Positions 13,628 to 27,573 of a stretch of DNA of 64,000 bases are shown in pieces. The position numbers and the translations under genes were made by a program. The stretch is from Octopus vulgaris. Lineage: Eukaryota. Under the pieces are notes generated by a model that saw only the letters and a program-made list of their open reading frames with translations, was not told the origin of the DNA and did not search any database. Location: contig OX597815.1 in the NCBI GenBank assembly GCA_951406725.2, forward strand, positions 75,578,001 to 75,642,000, read 5' to 3'. The number at the start of each line of letters is the position of its first letter. The first letter of the stretch is position 1.

Positions 13628-13671
13628 TACGTATGTATCTAATATATACATACAGTTAATTTATGTATATG

Positions 13672-13804
<133 letters not shown>

Positions 13805-14255
13805 ATGTACATATATTTTAATTCATACGTATTTATATATACATAAACGTGTCTACTCAGAATGATTATAAAGCTACCTTCAACTTGAAATCTTAATATT
13901 TTTTTCAACAGAAACATTATATTGACAGTCAACATTAAAATAACTATATCTGTTCTTTGTTATGTGATACACTTTTAGGAACATTTTTTATATACTCACA
14001 TTACCAATACAAATCGTATATAATAATATCTTTCGAAATATTGTACTTCCATATTTTGAGATACGTGCACACACGTACTCACTTAAGTATCAACTCACAT
14101 GCAAATGCCACCTTTTAATTCGCCAATCTTTTGCTTGTAGCATCCTCAAAATGTTTACCACCAAATCTCTAAAGAGATATAACAACCGGTTTTATATCTA
14201 GTCAAATATGTAAGCTATACCATTAATCCTATGACAGAATTAAACAATCTATGAT

Positions 14256-14650
14256 AGGCGCAAACATGGCTCTGTGGTTAAAAATCTCGCTGTACCACTA
14301 TGTGGATTCGGATTCAGTCCCACTGCGCGAAACCTTGGGCAAGTGTCTTCCACTACAGCCCCGTGCCAGCCAATGCTTTGTGAGTGAATTTGGTTGACGG
14401 AAACTGTGTGGAAATCCGTTCTATATGTGTGTGTGAATGTGTATGTACGGCTGTATCTGTGTTGTCACCCCACTCCATCGCTTGACAACAGATATTACTC
14501 TGTTTACGTACCCGTAAATTAGCGGTTCGATCAAAGGTAAAGATAGAATAAGTACCAGATTAGAATAAGTACTGGGGTCGATGTGTCGACTAAAATCCTT
14601 CAAGGCGATGTCCCAGCATGGCTGCAGTTTAATGACTGAAACAAGCAAAA
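14256..14650 (+). mobile_element. SINE family A, near full length
   Basis: A-box-like TGGCTCTGTGG, B-box-like GATTCAGTCCC, then CCTTGGGCAAGTGTCTTC and tail AATGACTGAAACAAG. Confidence 0.9.
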
Positions 14651-14829
14651 GGTATATGGTAACCAAGATATATAGCAAAACATGATTCGTATACAATCTA
14701 TAGTCAAACGCACATGTATTTTATTTACCAGTCATTTTCATGTCTACATAAAATTTTCGAATTCCTAAACATCTCAAAAGAGTCCAAAAAAAAAAAGATT
14801 TGTTAGATTCTTTCGTTTGCTTTCTTTAG

Positions 14830-15212
14830 TGATTGCTCTGCGGCCATGGGGCACCGCTTTTACAAATTGGTCGTTCAACTCACTCCTAGTACTTAACTCT
14901 TTTTCAAGTTTTGATGATTACTCTATCGGTTTCATTTACCTGACCACTAAGCTACGGGGATGAAAATAAAACAACATCGGTTGCCTTGTGATGGGTGGAA
15001 CAAATAGAAAGACACACACATATACATACACATACATATAAATGTGTGCATGTGCATGTATACGCAACTGGCTTCCGTACAGTTTCCGTTTAAAAATTCA
15101 TTTACAAGGCATTAGCTGCCCCAGGACTATAGAAGACACTTGCCTAATGTACCACGCTGTGAGACTAAACTCCAAACCACATAATTACAAAATAAATTTC
15201 TTTACCGCACAA
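14830..15212 (-). mobile_element. SINE family A, degraded
   Basis: Reverse-complement matches to family A (GCGGCCATG..GCACCGC, ACTATAGAAGACACTTGCC). Confidence 0.7.
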
Positions 15213-16198
15213 CCAGCAATCTTCATTTTGTTTAATCCTATTAGATTTTGCCTTCGAATTCAGAAAATATGCTTAAAAGTTATATTTTTTCATAATCAAA
15301 ACATAATAATCTATTGGGGTGATCATCTCATTCAGTCGTATCTTTTGTGCAGCTTGTTTCAGAAACTTGTGTGTAATGTGTAACATTTTTATTTTACCAC
15401 CGCCATTAAAGTTTCTTTACTTTAAGCATGCTTCAATTCAAATTTGCTTTAATAATGTGTTGCACCTTTTCGATATGCTCCATGTCTGGAGAGCCTCCAA
15501 GACGAAACGAAAGTCTTATTTTTCTGATTTTAGAGAAACCTTTTGAATAATCTGGCAGAATGAGCAGTGGAATTATTATGTTGGTTTATTGCCAGTATAG
15601 GCTGAGATTTCGATACGGAAGAAGATATTGTAAATATCAGCGACACTTTAATCAAAGAAGATGAATGGACAAATACCTTCACTGATGAAACCTCCTCGCC
15701 ATAATACTGTCACAGTTAAACCTTTTTCAATCACTTTGCTTGATTATTTTACTTAATATCTCAGACGTCTGTGATAGTTATCTAGTAAAAGGACAACATT
15801 TTGAGAGGGAATATAATTGAAAACCATCTGATAAGCTCGGAAACATGGGGTTTAGGGAGTGCAAGCGCACACCCTAAAAGTTTGTTGGAACAATGAAAAT
15901 GCTTGGGTTCGATTTGTGTTTGCACCCACTAAGCAAATGTCCTTCCTGTACTTATACGAATCAGAAAGTTGCTTTCCCTCAGTAAAAGTTCAATATTATT
16001 ATTTTTTCTTTTTTGTTTCATGGATGTGTGATATCGTTCGACTCTTAATTATGTAGCCCTTATGTCGTTACCACCATTCAACACTTCGAAAATGTGTTCA
16101 GTAGAAGCTCTGTAAATAAAATTATTGTGAAAAAGTCTGTCGGTTATACACACGCGCAAAACACACATTAGCACATACAAATACACACAATCACACAC

Positions 16199-16267
<69 letters not shown>

Positions 16268-17899
16268 CATGTGTGTATGTATGTGTGTATGTATGTATGT
16301 ATGTATGTATGTATGTATGTATGTATGTATGTATCCGTTAATCACGTTTTTTTTTTTCTGGAGATAAGATGATCTTTTTCTACCGATATATTTTCTTTTC
16401 TGGATTTTAAAATTAAATTCGTATAACAAATAAATAAGGAATTGACAAATTATTTATCTTGTATTTATTATATTATTTTTGTATTATTTTATTTTATTAT
16501 TTATTTTGTATCAGCTTCATACATATTTTCATCTCTGTTAAATTTCGTAAAAGTAAGTTTAAATTTAAACTTAAAAAACATTTAGATTTATATATTTCAC
16601 GCAAATCAGAAATGTGTTGAGAGTTTGTCTTCAGATATGTTCTGTTCAAAAAGATGTTATTCGTTGTCATTGTATAGCTTTAAACATTGGATCAGTTTGT
16701 TGTAGATGTAATGTATTATGGAATTGTTGAGAGAGAGAGAGAGTGTGTGTGTGCGTGTGTGTGTGTGTGTCTGTGTGTGTGTGTGTGTGCGTGCGTGCGC
16801 GTGTTTTGACAATGTAGCTTTACGTTTTGAACTTTGATCTTTTCGGTTTTCTTTTACTACAGAACCCAGCTTTCCCACTTGCTTACTCACTTTTCCATTT
16901 TGATGGATTATTCTATGTAAAATAGACTTTAGATGATATTTAAAATAGACTTTAGATGATACACAAAACGGAACGTGCAAGTAAATACCCTGTCGGAATT
17001 GAACCTGTATCTCTTTTATTCACAACTATGACTATTACGGTATTACTGATACGCACAGTCGTACAAATCTTGAAACATTCTGATTTTGCTATTCATACGA
17101 TATTGAGGACTACATCTATAGATATGCAGAATCAAAATTAAAAGTTTTCAAGAGAAGGGCTTTCATTCATGACCAAAAATTTATATCCCTAAACATGTAT
17201 ATACTTGAATCAAATCCATGTTAATGGTAGCTCATAACTGTTTATCGTAAGTGGATTGTTTACAGGATGATCCGGGATTATTTGTGATTCTGAGAGGAAA
17301 TGTTCAACCGTAAAGCAAATATCTCGTGTGATATTACCTAGAAATAGTATTTCTAAAGATTTTGCTGTCAGATCTCTTGACGATGATCTTTGTTTTAAGT
17401 CAAAGAAAACTAATTACATTCCTTTCAAAGTTCCACATTAACGCCTTCTATTAAATGGAATAAACGAATGGAATTATTGAATTATTAAATGGATATAGAA
17501 CGAATCGTGAAAGCAATTAAAATCAAGTTCAAGAAAGGCTTCTTCCAACCAGATATAAAAAATTTAGCAATATTTTTTTTTTTGCTCCAGCTATTACTTA
17601 GTTGTCAAACTATTCTTCAAGTTAACACTCTACAAACTTTTCCTCTGTTAATAAGATGAAAATTAGTGAACTCTACGCACTGCCCTATTTCACTGATGAA
17701 TATAATCTTTATATAATAATAGCCGATTTGGTTGCTTGGTTGAGTGAGTTCTCCAGCCACGCTTTACTTCGTATAAAATAGGGGTGATGGAGTAAAAGAG
17801 AGGCACACAGGTAGTTAACATAAGAGATGTAAGAAGAGAACACATACTGGGCGTGGTGGCAGGTAATGAGTAAAAGAATACTACATACATACACACACG

Positions 17900-17942
<43 letters not shown>

Positions 17943-18693
17943 CCACACGGGGAGAGAGAAAGTCAGAAAGACGGCAGAAGGAGAGGGAGTAAATGAGAGT
18001 AATCATGGTTGGAAGTTACACAAATGAGAAATTTGTTTTATCTAATTATATTTTAAAGTAATAAACGTTTTTCCTTTTAAGGTTAGAATTCAGTTCATAT
18101 TTTTGTGAAAACACCAAAAGAATTCATAAAAGTAAAACTATAATTATTGCGTGTACTCTATATGTACTGATATTATTCGTGGTAGCGAAAGTTTACTTCC
18201 ACAGTTAACCATCATATAACGAGTAACACACTGGTACGTAGGATAAAAAGAAAAACTGGTACTACAAGGAAAGTTACAAAGACATAATACAAACTGAAAA
18301 TAAGGTCACTACCATTGTATGAAATAGTATCAGAACGTTTCTTCATGCAATGCACATCAAACCAAAACTTGCACTACATCAGACATTTTGGAAAAATAAA
18401 AATACTATCGATAGTGATGGTGATGGATATGAAAGCAATATTTCGCCATAATACTTTCTAATTTGAGAAGCAGTTGTCTTTCTGGTGACACTTAATAACA
18501 GAATGAAAACTTGAACTGATAGTGTCCTTAGAAAAAAGTAATCGATTTCCCCGGAGTATTAAGCCCTTGCAAATCAGGGAAGATGAGAAGATACTGAGGT
18601 AATAGGAGAATTGCAATGAATAGAACTCCTCTTTTACTTCACTATATATATGTGTGTGTTTGTGTGTGTGTGTGTACATACATACAAACATAC

Positions 18694-18763
<70 letters not shown>

Positions 18764-20261
18764 TTATATGCATATATATATACACATATATATATATATT
18801 TACATATATATATATAAACACACACATATATATATATATACACAGACACACACACATATGTATAGCAGAGAGAGGGAGAGAGACATGGATAAGGCAGATT
18901 GCTATAGATAGACAGATAGCTATAAACACACATACACACAAGCACACACATAGACTCGCGCATACGTGCACATACACACATACGCACTCATAGATAGACA
19001 GACAGACAGACAGAAAGACATGTTATGACTGAAACTTACTTTGGGGATGGAGGGGGAGGGGGTCCCAGCAAAATTCAAATTCCACTTTATTTTAAAATTG
19101 CCCAAAACAGTAATCTACTATTTCAACACGTTTTGGACAATTAGCAAAACCTTCTTCCATCTCTTTTCTTAAACATTAGAAATATCTTTTATCTTCACCA
19201 GGTCTGATAGTCACCCGATGGAAATAAAAGACATCGTGTCCTAACTAATTTTACAATAAAATTTACACTACTTTTAGTGTTTCAGTCTCTACCAGTAGAT
19301 AGTTTGTTACTTTTTTTTTACATATGTATATAAATATATGCATGTATGTATGCATGCATTTACAAATACACACACACATACCACACACACATATGTGTGT
19401 GTGCGTCTGTATGTGTGTGTGAATATATATATGCATATCTGTATATATGTATATATTCTTCTATTCTTTTATTGGTTTCTGCCAGAGGCTGGAGCCATGC
19501 TGGCGCACCGCCTTTCAGTGTTTTGGGGGTCACCTATCGGTACTGTTTGTGGTGAAGAAGCGAGTTGGACGACGAAGCTGCACTTTTTTGTGCCTCCTGG
19601 GATTTCAGATGCTCCCACTTCTACACTTTGCAGATCTGTTAGGTTCCTTGACAGGATGTTAAACAGATGTGGCCCCCAGAAACCCAAACTGTTGCAATAC
19701 TGGGTCCTTATACATACATACATATATATATATATATACACACACACATAAACACACACATGTATATATTTAAGAACGCTTTCATATCTCTATATGAGCA
19801 TGTGTGTGTGTGCGCGCGCGCGTTTCGTTAGTTTAAAATTTTTTGTTGGAGTACTAATTCGACCAATACAACATTCTTGTCTTTGTAATTTTTGTTGTGT
19901 TTTTTTTATTATTATTATTGCTCATAACATTTTACTTTGTAAAACTCAGACATGGCACTAGTAACTAATTATGTAATTACAAAAATAAATATACCAAGCG
20001 AAAATAACAAGAAACTGTTATGTTAATAAAACTGAGATGAATGAAGCAAAATGGAAACAAAGGAATAAAAAAAATAAGAAAAAAACTGTTTTAATATATT
20101 ATTTTTATTAATGTTATGTGACTGGGAAAATATAATTAAAACTGTAATCATTTACTTGAATTATGGTCTTTTGGGGACGGTTTTTGCCCCTTTTCATAAA
20201 CAAAAAGCAAGGATTCAGCAACCCACTTTCGATATTTTTGTGGCAATAAAATAAATTAGTA

Positions 20262-20314
20262 TTGATAAGGATGACGGTGATGATAATGATGGTGATGGTG
20301 ACGACGACGACGAC

Positions 20315-20363
<49 letters not shown>

Positions 20364-20762
20364 CCGACGACGACGGCGACGACGACGCTGATGGGTGGTG
20401 GTGGTGGTGGTGGTGGTGGTGATCGTCGTGGTGGTTGGGGTGATGGTGGTGGTGGTGGTAGTAATGGTGGTGGTGCTATTGATGGTGGTTAATAGGATGA
20501 CGAGGGTGATGACGACGAGGATGATGACAAGGACGATGAGAATTATGACTGTGATGATAAGGATAATGATGCTGATGGTAACGATGATGATCAGGGTCAT
20601 GATGACGATGATGATGATGACGATAACGATGACGACGATGATGATCACTATGACTACGATGACGGTGACACAAGCGATTATGATGGTCATAACGAAGACG
20701 AGAACGACGAATATGATAATAACAGTGATGAAGCCGACAAGGATGATGAGGATAATGATGCT
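20262..20762. repeat. Degenerate (GAT/GAC/GGT)n trinucleotide tract
   Basis: Directly visible. Confidence 0.9.
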
Positions 20763-21256
20763 AAATGCCCGAGTCAGGCAACGGCTTTACGTAACCCTGA
20801 GCTCCGTCGAAACACGTTTGCTCTTGTAGCAATTGCTGTTACCGTTTAGCTCTTGGTACACCTTTATCAAACAGCCCTATAAATTTTCAAACACGTTCCA
20901 TGCATAAGCATGCTGTCTTTATTTTCAGAAATAATGCATCTAGGACCAACAATACAGGTTATTATTTTTTGTTCGAGTTGTACGTGATTTATTACATTCG
21001 TTTTAATACATATAATTACATACATATAATTACATGTTATTACATATGTATAGAATACGGCGTGTATATAGTATTTCCTTTTATACGCTTCCAGTAAATT
21101 CAGAGATTATAATCCATTTATAAATTAGTCCTTCATATTAGCTTCAGTATTTATACCAATAGAAGAATTTTGTCATAACTAAAATGGTAGGTTATTATAC
21201 AGATTCTCTTTTCTGGTATATGTTCGTAATACAAAATGCTATATATATATATTCAA

Positions 21257-21465
21257 AATGTGACCGCGTGTGTACCGTTGGCGATTGTTTTCCTCCGTCT
21301 TCCCTTCTTTGGATCTTTCCTTTTCCTATGTTTCTGACGAAGAGCTCCGCTCGAAACGTTAAACCCTCCTTCTTTCCTTTTTTCCTGAGCGTCTAATAAT
21401 ACTATACTTGTTCTACGTCCTCGCGTTGTTGTGTTTTCTCTTTGTGTTTTCATGTTTGGATTAAC

Positions 21466-21466
<1 letters not shown>
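21257..21466 (+). mobile_element. Short HHR-bearing repeat (putative PLE pseudo-LTR fragment)
   Basis: Contains the HHR at 21330-21364. Its 3' end (TACGTCCTCGCGTT...TTTGGATTAACT) recurs at about 42921-42982. Bounded by TA tracts. Confidence 0.7.
21330..21364 (+). ncRNA. Minimal type I hammerhead ribozyme motif
   Basis: GTTT-CTGACGA-A-GAGC(TCC)GCTC-GAAA-CGTT-AAAC. Stem I GTTT/AAAC, 4-bp stem II, loopless palindromic stem III AACGTT, GUU site after 21360. Confidence 0.85.
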
Positions 21467-21500
<34 letters not shown>

Positions 21501-21510
21501 ATTTATATAT

Positions 21511-21711
21511 AACGGGAAGGTTTACGAAAATAAACAAAAGACGAAGGCAGGTGGAGTACAAACAAACAAATGTATTAGTATGGCGCTCAGGAATAGAAAT
21601 AGAACAAGTCTTTTACGTTTCGAGCCTACGCTCTTCTACAGAAAGATACACAGAAAAGAAACAAGGAGAGAAACAAGGAGAGAAAACAATGCGTGTAGGA
21701 GCTAACGGTCT

Positions 21712-21712
<1 letters not shown>
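21511..21712 (-). mobile_element. Second short HHR-bearing repeat family (putative PLE pseudo-LTR fragment)
   Basis: Contains the HHR at 21609-21646. Its end (AACGGGAAGGTTTACGAAAATAAAC...) recurs inverted at 49388-49450. Confidence 0.7.
21609..21646 (-). ncRNA. Minimal hammerhead motif with A6U substitution
   Basis: Minus strand TCTTT-CTGTAGA-A-GAGC(GTAG)GCTC-GAAA-CGTA-AAAGA. Stems I and II are perfect, site is GUA, but the core reads CUGUAGA instead of CUGANGA. Confidence 0.75.
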
Positions 21713-21748
<36 letters not shown>

Positions 21749-22082
21749 TAAATGTTCGGTTTTTTAATTAGAACGATAATAATTGTCGATTGTTGAACCG
21801 TATACACAGTAGCGTATTTGCTGGTATTTAAGATGCATATTCGTATTAGTCACACGCTTATTTCAAATGAATCTTATTTATAGCAATGCTGAAAATGAAG
21901 TATGTATATACATCAAAAGAATAAATTATAAAATCAATAAGTGATATTTCCTCTGAGTTTCATAGACAACAATAACCTTCAGTAAAATACACTATATTTT
22001 AAAAAATAAAATAGAACTTGTTCGATAACTTCAAAGAGTGAAAATTACCATCCTTTCTACTCAACGAAAAAAAAAACATTAT

Positions 22083-22312
22083 AAGCTAACGAGGAAATCT
22101 GTATGTATTCGTTGGTTCTGCTAAAAATAGCCACCAAAACCTTCAAATTTCATCCAATTGTTTTTAACAAAAATATAAATATCAGACGAGCTAGATAGTA
22201 GTTACACGCCTATCATTACAAGCTAGCGAGGAAGTCTGTATGTGGTCGTTCGATCTGCTAAAAATAGCTACTAAAACTCCCTCCAACCACATCTTATTGT
22301 TTTTAACATAAA
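22083..22312 (+). repeat. Two diverged tandem copies (about 90 bp) of an interspersed repeat fragment
   Basis: AAGCTA(A/G)CGAGGAA(A/G)TCTGTATGT...CTGCTAAAAATAGC at about 22083 and 22220. Related sequence at about 42525-42570. Confidence 0.65.
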
Positions 22313-23168
22313 TTGAAATAAACTTCGGGTATTGTACAAGCGAGGAACGTATTTGAGGAACGTAAATCAAAGTAATTTATAAGTTTGACCATTTTGTTCA
22401 ATTTATATTCTTGGACCTTTTGTTTTTAGATCTATGCGTTCCATCTCAGTTGGGAAGCACATCGATAAACAATATTAGCTCTGATGTGAAAAAAAGGTTT
22501 TTAGAATGACCTAATTATCAACTTTAACTGTATGAGATCACGTATGTATCTCTACGAAATGAAACCACCCTCAAATCACCATGTACTGTCATAAAAACAG
22601 TACTTTTCCATTGGATACACTATGCCAAAATACTATATAAACTTATATACTATATATATATACTAGATATACTTAATAAAGACGGGGTGGCCACCGTCAT
22701 TTATGTAGGCTGGAACACCATTTATTGTAGGTGGGCTCGATTGGGACAGGCCTAGAACTAAACAAACTTCAACAACTCAGACTGATCTCATAATTATCCA
22801 ATTCCATGCTTAACAATAATTTGTTCCGATTCTGCAGTTAAGGTCAACAATGATCAATTACTATACAACCTTCAATACACTACTTCTACTACTACCCAGA
22901 ATTCTCCAGTAGAAATACACTTGAAACACGAAAGGATTCCGAAAAGACATAGGATTAAGAAACAAAAACTCACACGGTTTAAGACGCCAACAAGTTGATT
23001 CTCAGCTGACACATACATGAACGTAGGAAGTTATCAATACAAAGGTAGCAAATTAGTTTACGGCAATTCATGTTTGTTCTCAGCGCTCTGAATTCAAATC
23101 CTACTGTACTCAACTTTGCCTTTCACCCTTTCATGGTTAAAAAATATAATACCAGTGCTGGGGTCCAA

Positions 23169-23208
<40 letters not shown>

Positions 23209-24060
23209 TTTCTTCTTTTTCTTCTTCTTCTTCTTCTTCTTCTTCTTCTTCTCCTCCTCCTCCTTAGAGAAAGAGAAAATAAGAAAGTTGGAGAAGGATG
23301 GGTGACAAAGTTCTAGCGTATGTCACGGCCATACATGTATGTATGTATGTATGTATGTATACATAATTTAGACAAACCTCAGATGATTTTCTGAAGACAT
23401 ACTGATAACTCAGACTCACTACGCCACTAATCCGAGTTTTAAACTCTTTTACACCAACCAATTCAAGAATACCAGGATCCATTTCACGAGTATTTAATTT
23501 CGATTTCCGAAATTCTAGGTGAATCTGGATAAGATGTTAGTCTTTATAATGCAACTTACCCAGAAATGTTCAGTTCTTAATTGAATTATAAATCAAAGAT
23601 AGCGTCTTGCAAGCATATATGAACTTCCAAATGTATGTTGTCCACAAAATACTTCAACACTTACGCATATATCACACTGCACCAATGTGATCGTCTTGGT
23701 TGGGGAAAATTTGGAATAATGACTGGAGGGAAATGATGGACTTAAGGGAGGAGTAAAAGGGCATAATCTGAATAGATCGCAAAACGTGATTTGCGTTTGA
23801 TTTATAGGGAGATAATAACGAAGACAAGTTTTATGTTAGTTAGAAAGAAATGTAATTATTATAAGACAAGATTAATTCACAACTCTCCAGAGTATACAAA
23901 ACTGTCACAAATTGATCAGTTTCTGAGAAGAACCCGTTACCGGGAATACAGCATAACACCTCCTATACACACAATGACACTTCCATAAATGCACTAGGAC
24001 AAACTCTTGCATACTATTAGACAAATACATAAACATACTGATACATATATATGCGTTTAC

Positions 24061-24119
<59 letters not shown>

Positions 24120-24231
24120 GCATACATATGCAAGCATACGTTTGTATTTGTGTGTGTGCTTGTGTGCGTGTGCAAGTTTTGTATTTATATATTTTATAAA
24201 AACCAAAATGCAAGCTCTCTTATATATGTAT

Positions 24232-24526
24232 GTGATTAGGGCAGCGAACTCGCCGTCGTAGGATCGCGGTTTCGATTCCCAGACCAGGCGCTGTGAGTGT
24301 TTATTGAGCGAAAACACCCAAAGCTCCACGAGGCTCCGGCAGGGGGTGGTGGCGATCCCTGCTGTACTCTTTCACCACAACTTTCTCTCACTCTTTCTTC
24401 TGTTGGCCTGCTCGCTTAGCCAGCGCGGTGGCGTTATTTGAAGGCTAAAACAATGCGAAGCGCATTGTGAACTGCGATGTGTAGCAACATCTGATAGCTT
24501 GGTCGATCACGGTGATGACGGTGATA
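24232..24526 (+). mobile_element. tRNA-derived SINE family C
   Basis: B-box-like GGTTTCGATTCCC. The 5' part matches 36876-37059 and the 3' part matches 57556-57676. Confidence 0.85.
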
Positions 24527-24538
24527 TATATTTATTTA

Positions 24539-24570
<32 letters not shown>

Positions 24571-24601
24571 CATATACGGGAGACCAAGAGTGCACGCACA
24601 C

Positions 24602-24641
<40 letters not shown>

Positions 24642-25023
24642 ATATATATATATATATGTATATGTATATACATATATACTATATATAAATTTAAAAATTG
24701 GAACAAGAACGTTAACAGGCGACATCAAAACATTCGGACAGTTAGACGATACAAAAAAGGATAGGAAAAAACAAGGACGGGATATTCGGAGCTTTCAATC
24801 TTCAGTGGAGAAGCAGATCGTCTTTGCAGATTTATATATATATATACATATGTGTATGTGCGTGTGTGTGTGTATATATATATGTATATATATGTATATA
24901 TATGTATATATATACATATATACATATATATGGATATATATGTATATATACACATATATGTGTATATGTATATATATATACACATATATATGTATATATG
25001 TATACATATATATATACACAAAT

Positions 25024-25353
25024 GGTAAAGACCCCCTTCGGTCATGAATGACCATGGGATTGCACCTAGAAAATTACCCTCCTAGACACAAGTCCGGGCA
25101 AGGTTGTTTATGGAAGACTAGCAGTCGCCCATGCATGCCAGCCTCCCCTCTCCACGCCACTAGTGTTATCCAAGGGAAAGACAAAGGTCGATACAGTTTG
25201 GCACCAGTGACGTCGCAACTCATTTCTACAGCTGAGTGACCTGGAGCAACGTGAAATAAAGTGCCTTGCTCAAGAACACAACACGCAGCCCGGTCCGGGA
25301 TTCGAGCTCACAACCTCACGATCGTAAGCTCGACGCTCTAACCACTGAGCCAT
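25024..25353 (-). mobile_element. tRNA-derived SINE family D
   Basis: Minus strand TGGCTCAGTGGTTAGAGCG (A box) ... GAGCTCGAATCCC (B box), followed by TTGTGTTCTTGAGCAAGGCACTT and about 250 bp of non-tRNA body. Confidence 0.85.
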
Positions 25354-25534
25354 ATGTATATATATATATACATATATATATATGTATATATATATACGCA
25401 TATATATGTATATATATACAAATATGTATATATATGTATGTATATATAAATGTATATATACACATACATGTGTATATATATGTATATATATACATACATG
25501 TATATATATGTATATATACACATACATGTGTATA

Positions 25535-25579
<45 letters not shown>

Positions 25580-25674
25580 GTGTATATATATACATATATA
25601 TACATATATGTATATACATATATATGCGTATATATATATATATACATATATATATGTATATATACATATATGTG

Positions 25675-25722
<48 letters not shown>

Positions 25723-25953
25723 TACATATATATGTGTATATATATACATACACATACACATATATGTGTATATATATATATACATATATATGTATATATA
25801 TATATGTATATATGTATATATATACATATATATGTGTATATATATACATATATATGTATATATATATACATATATATATGTGTATGTATACATATATATA
25901 TGTATATATATACACATATATATGTATATACATACATACATATATATATATGC

Positions 25954-26031
<78 letters not shown>

Positions 26032-26040
26032 TATATACAT
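25354..26040. repeat. Long degenerate (TA)n/(TACA)n tract
   Basis: Directly visible. Similar tracts at about 36080-36870, 43345-43950, 47300-47940, 48800-49385 and 61260-61530. Confidence 0.97.
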
Positions 26041-26416
26041 ACAAATATATATTCAAATATTAGTATGGTGCGTGTGTTCTGCGCGTATGTGTTTATCATA
26101 TCAAAACTTTGACATCCTACGGTCAAAGTTTCCGGAAACTGAGAACTTTAGATTTAGTACTATCTTTCCATTCTACCCAACATATTTCCTTGATCAGTTG
26201 ATACTTGCAGAAGATAAAATATTTTTAAACATACTTTATAAGACCCCTACTTTAGGATGCCGACATGCGCGCGCGTGTGTATGTGTGAGGGCTTCTTCCA
26301 GTATCCATTGATACCGCTCTTAGGTAGTACTTCATTATGATAAAGTTAACCCCTATTACATTCGTCATAGAGAATGGGTAGATGGGATTCCACTGGACCA
26401 AGGTGTGTAATAATGA

Positions 26417-26474
<58 letters not shown>

Positions 26475-26479
26475 CTATT

Positions 26480-26800
26480 AATATTAGATGTCGCATTAAT
26501 ATTAAATAGATATGATGATAGAATGAGGTGAAATTGTAAACCATGTTAAATTGATCTTAAGTTGGTGAAATTAAAAGGAAATAAATCGTATGGAAAATTT
26601 TGGCTAAATGTAGGAAATAGGATTGTGAGTGAACATATGACAAAGTAAATTAACAAAAGATAGATATATAGGAATCGAAGTTCTGAATTTCATTTTTAAA
26701 AAACGTAATTTAGGATTAAATATGTAAAGAATTAATATGTATGATATAGTAAAATATTAACATATTTTTTAAGGGAATCTATATAGATGAAGTAAAGAAT
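26480..26800 (+). pseudogene. Possible degraded C-terminus of a Penelope-like GIY-YIG domain
   Basis: IVWKILAKCRK*DCE...QKIDI*ESK resembles the I.WKIL...Y......C.LC..EK motif. Many stops, so support is weak. Confidence 0.3.
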
Positions 26801-27336
26801 GATTTATGATCGACGATCTGATAAAATAATTGTCGAATAAAAATATATACGTGTCTGTGATCGAATAAAAATATGTGTGTGTGTGTGTTTGTGTGTGTAC
26901 GTGTGTATACGTGTATATTGAGCTTTCTAATGAGTAAGAAAAAACAAAATATGTATAATCTTTGCTTCTTCTTTTGGGTTTACGACTTAAAATTCAAACC
27001 ATGATTTATCTAGAAATTATCTCCTTCACCATAGCGTACCACCAGGGCATACCAAGTGTATATATAAAGTTCTGAATCTTGTTTGTCAATGCATGATGGA
27101 GTCTGGAAAAAGAAAGAGGAAGGCTAATAAAATCTTTGTAACAGAGAGATAGTATTAACAGTGGGGAAGAAAGAAACAGATTGAAAATGTTTATAGATTC
27201 TGAAAGTTCAGTGAATGCTAGAAGCCTAATCAGAGTGCCTATTAAGATTAGAATCTTCGCGAATAGTACACAAATTACCTGTAGTACACAAATTACAGGA
27301 GTTTTATATTTTGAGGAGCTGGCTTTAAAATAATTT

Positions 27337-27573
27337 TCTTAAGGCATGGGCACACCGGGTAGTTGCCCAGGGGCTTCACGGATCTGGAGCCTCAGTCTTG
27401 ATCTATGTATATTTTGGCTTGCCGTCAATTAATAAACACTAGGGAATTGCCTTAGAAGTCTAGGGACCTGAATCTGATCTATGTATGACGTACCTGACTG
27501 TCAATAAATAAATATTATAGGGCCCAGTGCACTGATTTGCCCGAGAGCTTATAATACTGCTAAGATGGCCCTA
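27337..27573. mobile_element. Degraded hAT-like MITE with internal tandem duplication
   Basis: Right end TAAGATGGCCCTA resembles a reversed CAGGGCCGTCTTA TIR. TTGCCC motifs near both ends. TGATCTATGTAT...GTCAAT.AATAAA occurs twice. Confidence 0.45.

Noticed and set aside
17050-17560. Possible CR1/L2 LINE 3' remnant
   Set aside because: Only faint peptide resemblance, with no motif strong enough to support a call.
24780-24830. Minus-strand CTGAAGA-TT-GAAAGCTC as a hammerhead
   Set aside because: No stem II and no stem I pairing. Possibly a repeat fragment but not supportable as a ribozyme.
25280-25353. tRNA-like sequence on the minus strand
   Set aside because: A and B boxes are present but the acceptor stem is incomplete and it runs into a SINE body, so it is a SINE head and not a tRNA gene. 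The same applies to family A and C heads.
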